Positions 62,841 through 64,000 of a stretch of DNA of 64,000 nt are shown one piece after another. Location: assembly GCA_965248955.1 (NCBI GenBank), contig OZ252212.1, positions 66,668 to 130,667 of the forward strand, written 5' to 3'. The notes beneath the pieces are model-generated. The model did not search any database. It had not been told where the DNA came from and saw only the letters and a program-made list of their open reading frames with translations. Position numbers and translations under genes: made by a program. The DNA is from Dehalococcoidia bacterium (GTDB lineage Bacteria > Chloroflexota > Dehalococcoidia > Lucifugimonadales > QGNO01). Within the stretch, counting starts at the first letter, position 1; each line of letters opens with the position of its first letter.

Positions 62841-64000
62841 CTGTCGGCGCTCATAGTCCGCGACGCATCGACTTGCTGGGCAGATGGCCGCTTGGCCGGG
62901 GGTTTGGCCATCAGGATCATGGCCATGGAAATGAAGGACAGTACCCCAAACACCAGCAGCGGCACCTCGTACGTGCCGGTGCGGTCGAACATCCAGGCAG
63001 CGAATATAGGTGCGGCAAAGGTGAACCCGGTGCGGAAGGGCGCCACGGCGCCCTGAATCGAAGCGTAGTACTTCCTGCCGAACAGGTCGGCGCGGAGGGA
63101 TTGGGGCAGTGAAGAAAGTCCGCCCCAGACCAGCGCATACGGAGCGTAGACCAGGGTGAGCACAAAGATGGAGTTGACTTGAGACATAGCTAGCACGGCC
63201 CCGCCAAGCAGGGCGAGCAAAACGGCCATGAGATAACGTTTGTTGAACCAGTCTCCGGCCCAACTGAAAAACAGCCTGCCCGGTGCGCTGAAAATGGCAT
63301 GGATGACAAAGAGAAAGGCGGCCTGGCTGGAGGTGCCACCCATGGACTGCACCAAGGGGAACAGGTTTATGGCTACGGCGCTGGTCACGGCGCCACGCAC
63401 TGAAACGGCGGTGGTGAAGTACCATAGCGTTGGCGTCTTCAATGCCTCCCAGACAGTGTAGTTGATCTCCTCTTCCTCGTCGTTCTTCTTCGCAGCGGCC
63501 TCTTCGCTGGTACGGGGCGCGGGCTGCCGGTTGGGGGTATCGCCGTCTGGGAGCATGCCATATTGCTCAGGCTTGTGCCGCATCAGGGCAGCAACGGGCA
63601 GTCCAATGATGAAGGTGGCTATAGCCATGACGCGGAAGGCCCATCGCCAGCCGTAGGCTTCTATCACTTGATTGATGGGCCAGACCATGAATGCGCCTAC
63701 GCTGAATCCCAGCCACATGAGACCGAAGGCGCGGCCACGCTTGCGGCGCCACCAGTTGGCAACCGCGGTAGATATGGGCATGCTGAACCCCAGGCTTGTG
63801 CCCAATATCACGCCAAGCAGGAACGAAGCGATGAAGGTAGGAAGGTTGGGGGATATGCTGACCAGGAACAGCCCCACGCCCAAGATGGGCACGCCAATGA
63901 ACATCATGGTCCGCGGGCCAAACCTGTCCACAAGGTAGCCTTCGACGGGGCCGATGAAGGCCGTCTCGATGCGGCCAAGGACGATGATGGAGGCAACGAT
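62837..64000 (-). CDS. MFS transporter (partial; N-terminus beyond the window)
   Basis: Multi-TM ORF. The frame stays open upstream of the ORF-track Met to the window edge (..IVASIIVLGRIETAFIGPVEGYLVDRFGPRTMMFIG, the MFS loop 2-3 D-R-x-G-R-like motif). Confidence 0.85.
   Translation of the reverse strand: MVASIIVLGRIETAFIGPVEGYLVDRFGPRTMMFIGVPILGVGLFLVSISPNLPTFIASFLLGVILGTSLGFSMPISTAVANWWRRKRGRAFGLMWLGFSVGAFMVWPINQVIEAYGWRWAFRVMAIATFIIGLPVAALMRHKPEQYGMLPDGDTPNRQPAPRTSEEAAAKKNDEEEEINYTVWEALKTPTLWYFTTAVSVRGAVTSAVAINLFPLVQSMGGTSSQAAFLFVIHAIFSAPGRLFFSWAGDWFNKRYLMAVLLALLGGAVLAMSQVNSIFVLTLVYAPYALVWGGLSSLPQSLRADLFGRKYYASIQGAVAPFRTGFTFAAPIFAAWMFDRTGTYEVPLLVFGVLSFISMAMILMAKPPAKRPSAQQVDASRTMSADS

Overview
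GC-rich bacterial chromosomal window, densely coding (about 60 protein genes plus one tRNA) and mostly housekeeping. I saw no rRNA, CRISPR array, transposase, integrase or phage genes. The short palindromic intergenic repeats and the gene content suggest a Chloroflexota-like monoderm, but that is inference only. Core blocks are recN, selA, coaE, cinA, an rpsO-pnp-dapB-dapA string, a dcd-ribD-ribE-ribBA-ribH-tag string, lepB, tRNA-Lys(UUU), a queD-queC-folE cluster, a hydantoinase/oxoprolinase A/B pair, and several peptidases and an amidase. The items most worth a second look are these. (1) A TlpA/ResA-type thioredoxin-fold lipoprotein is split in the ORF track by an in-frame TGA that falls exactly on the first Cys of the W-C-x-x-C motif (W-U-P-T-C). 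It has a SECIS-like hairpin 11 nt downstream and selA 1.7 kb away, so it is very probably a selenoprotein. (2) A translationally coupled coaE / CbbQ-NorQ AAA+ / CoA-type Nudix / 1091-aa CbbO-NorD-like VWA operon has no RuBisCO or NO reductase client nearby. (3) A beta-class DNA methyltransferase is fused to an HNH nuclease and broken by two compensating 1-nt frameshifts next to a repeat-packed 830-bp gap. (4) A small islet next to tRNA-Lys carries a decayed vapC, an intact higBA pair and a 600-bp non-coding stretch. It is followed by a roughly 1600-aa cadherin-like/He_PIG/PKD surface protein containing three near-identical 288-bp tandem repeats. (5) A bacterial phospholipid-scramblase homologue. 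(6) A four-gene, stop/start-overlapping signalling operon (REC-PP2C, RsbW-like kinase, periplasmic binding protein, HAMP histidine kinase) lacks a STAS partner. All functions are assigned from motifs read in the supplied translations; no database search was run.
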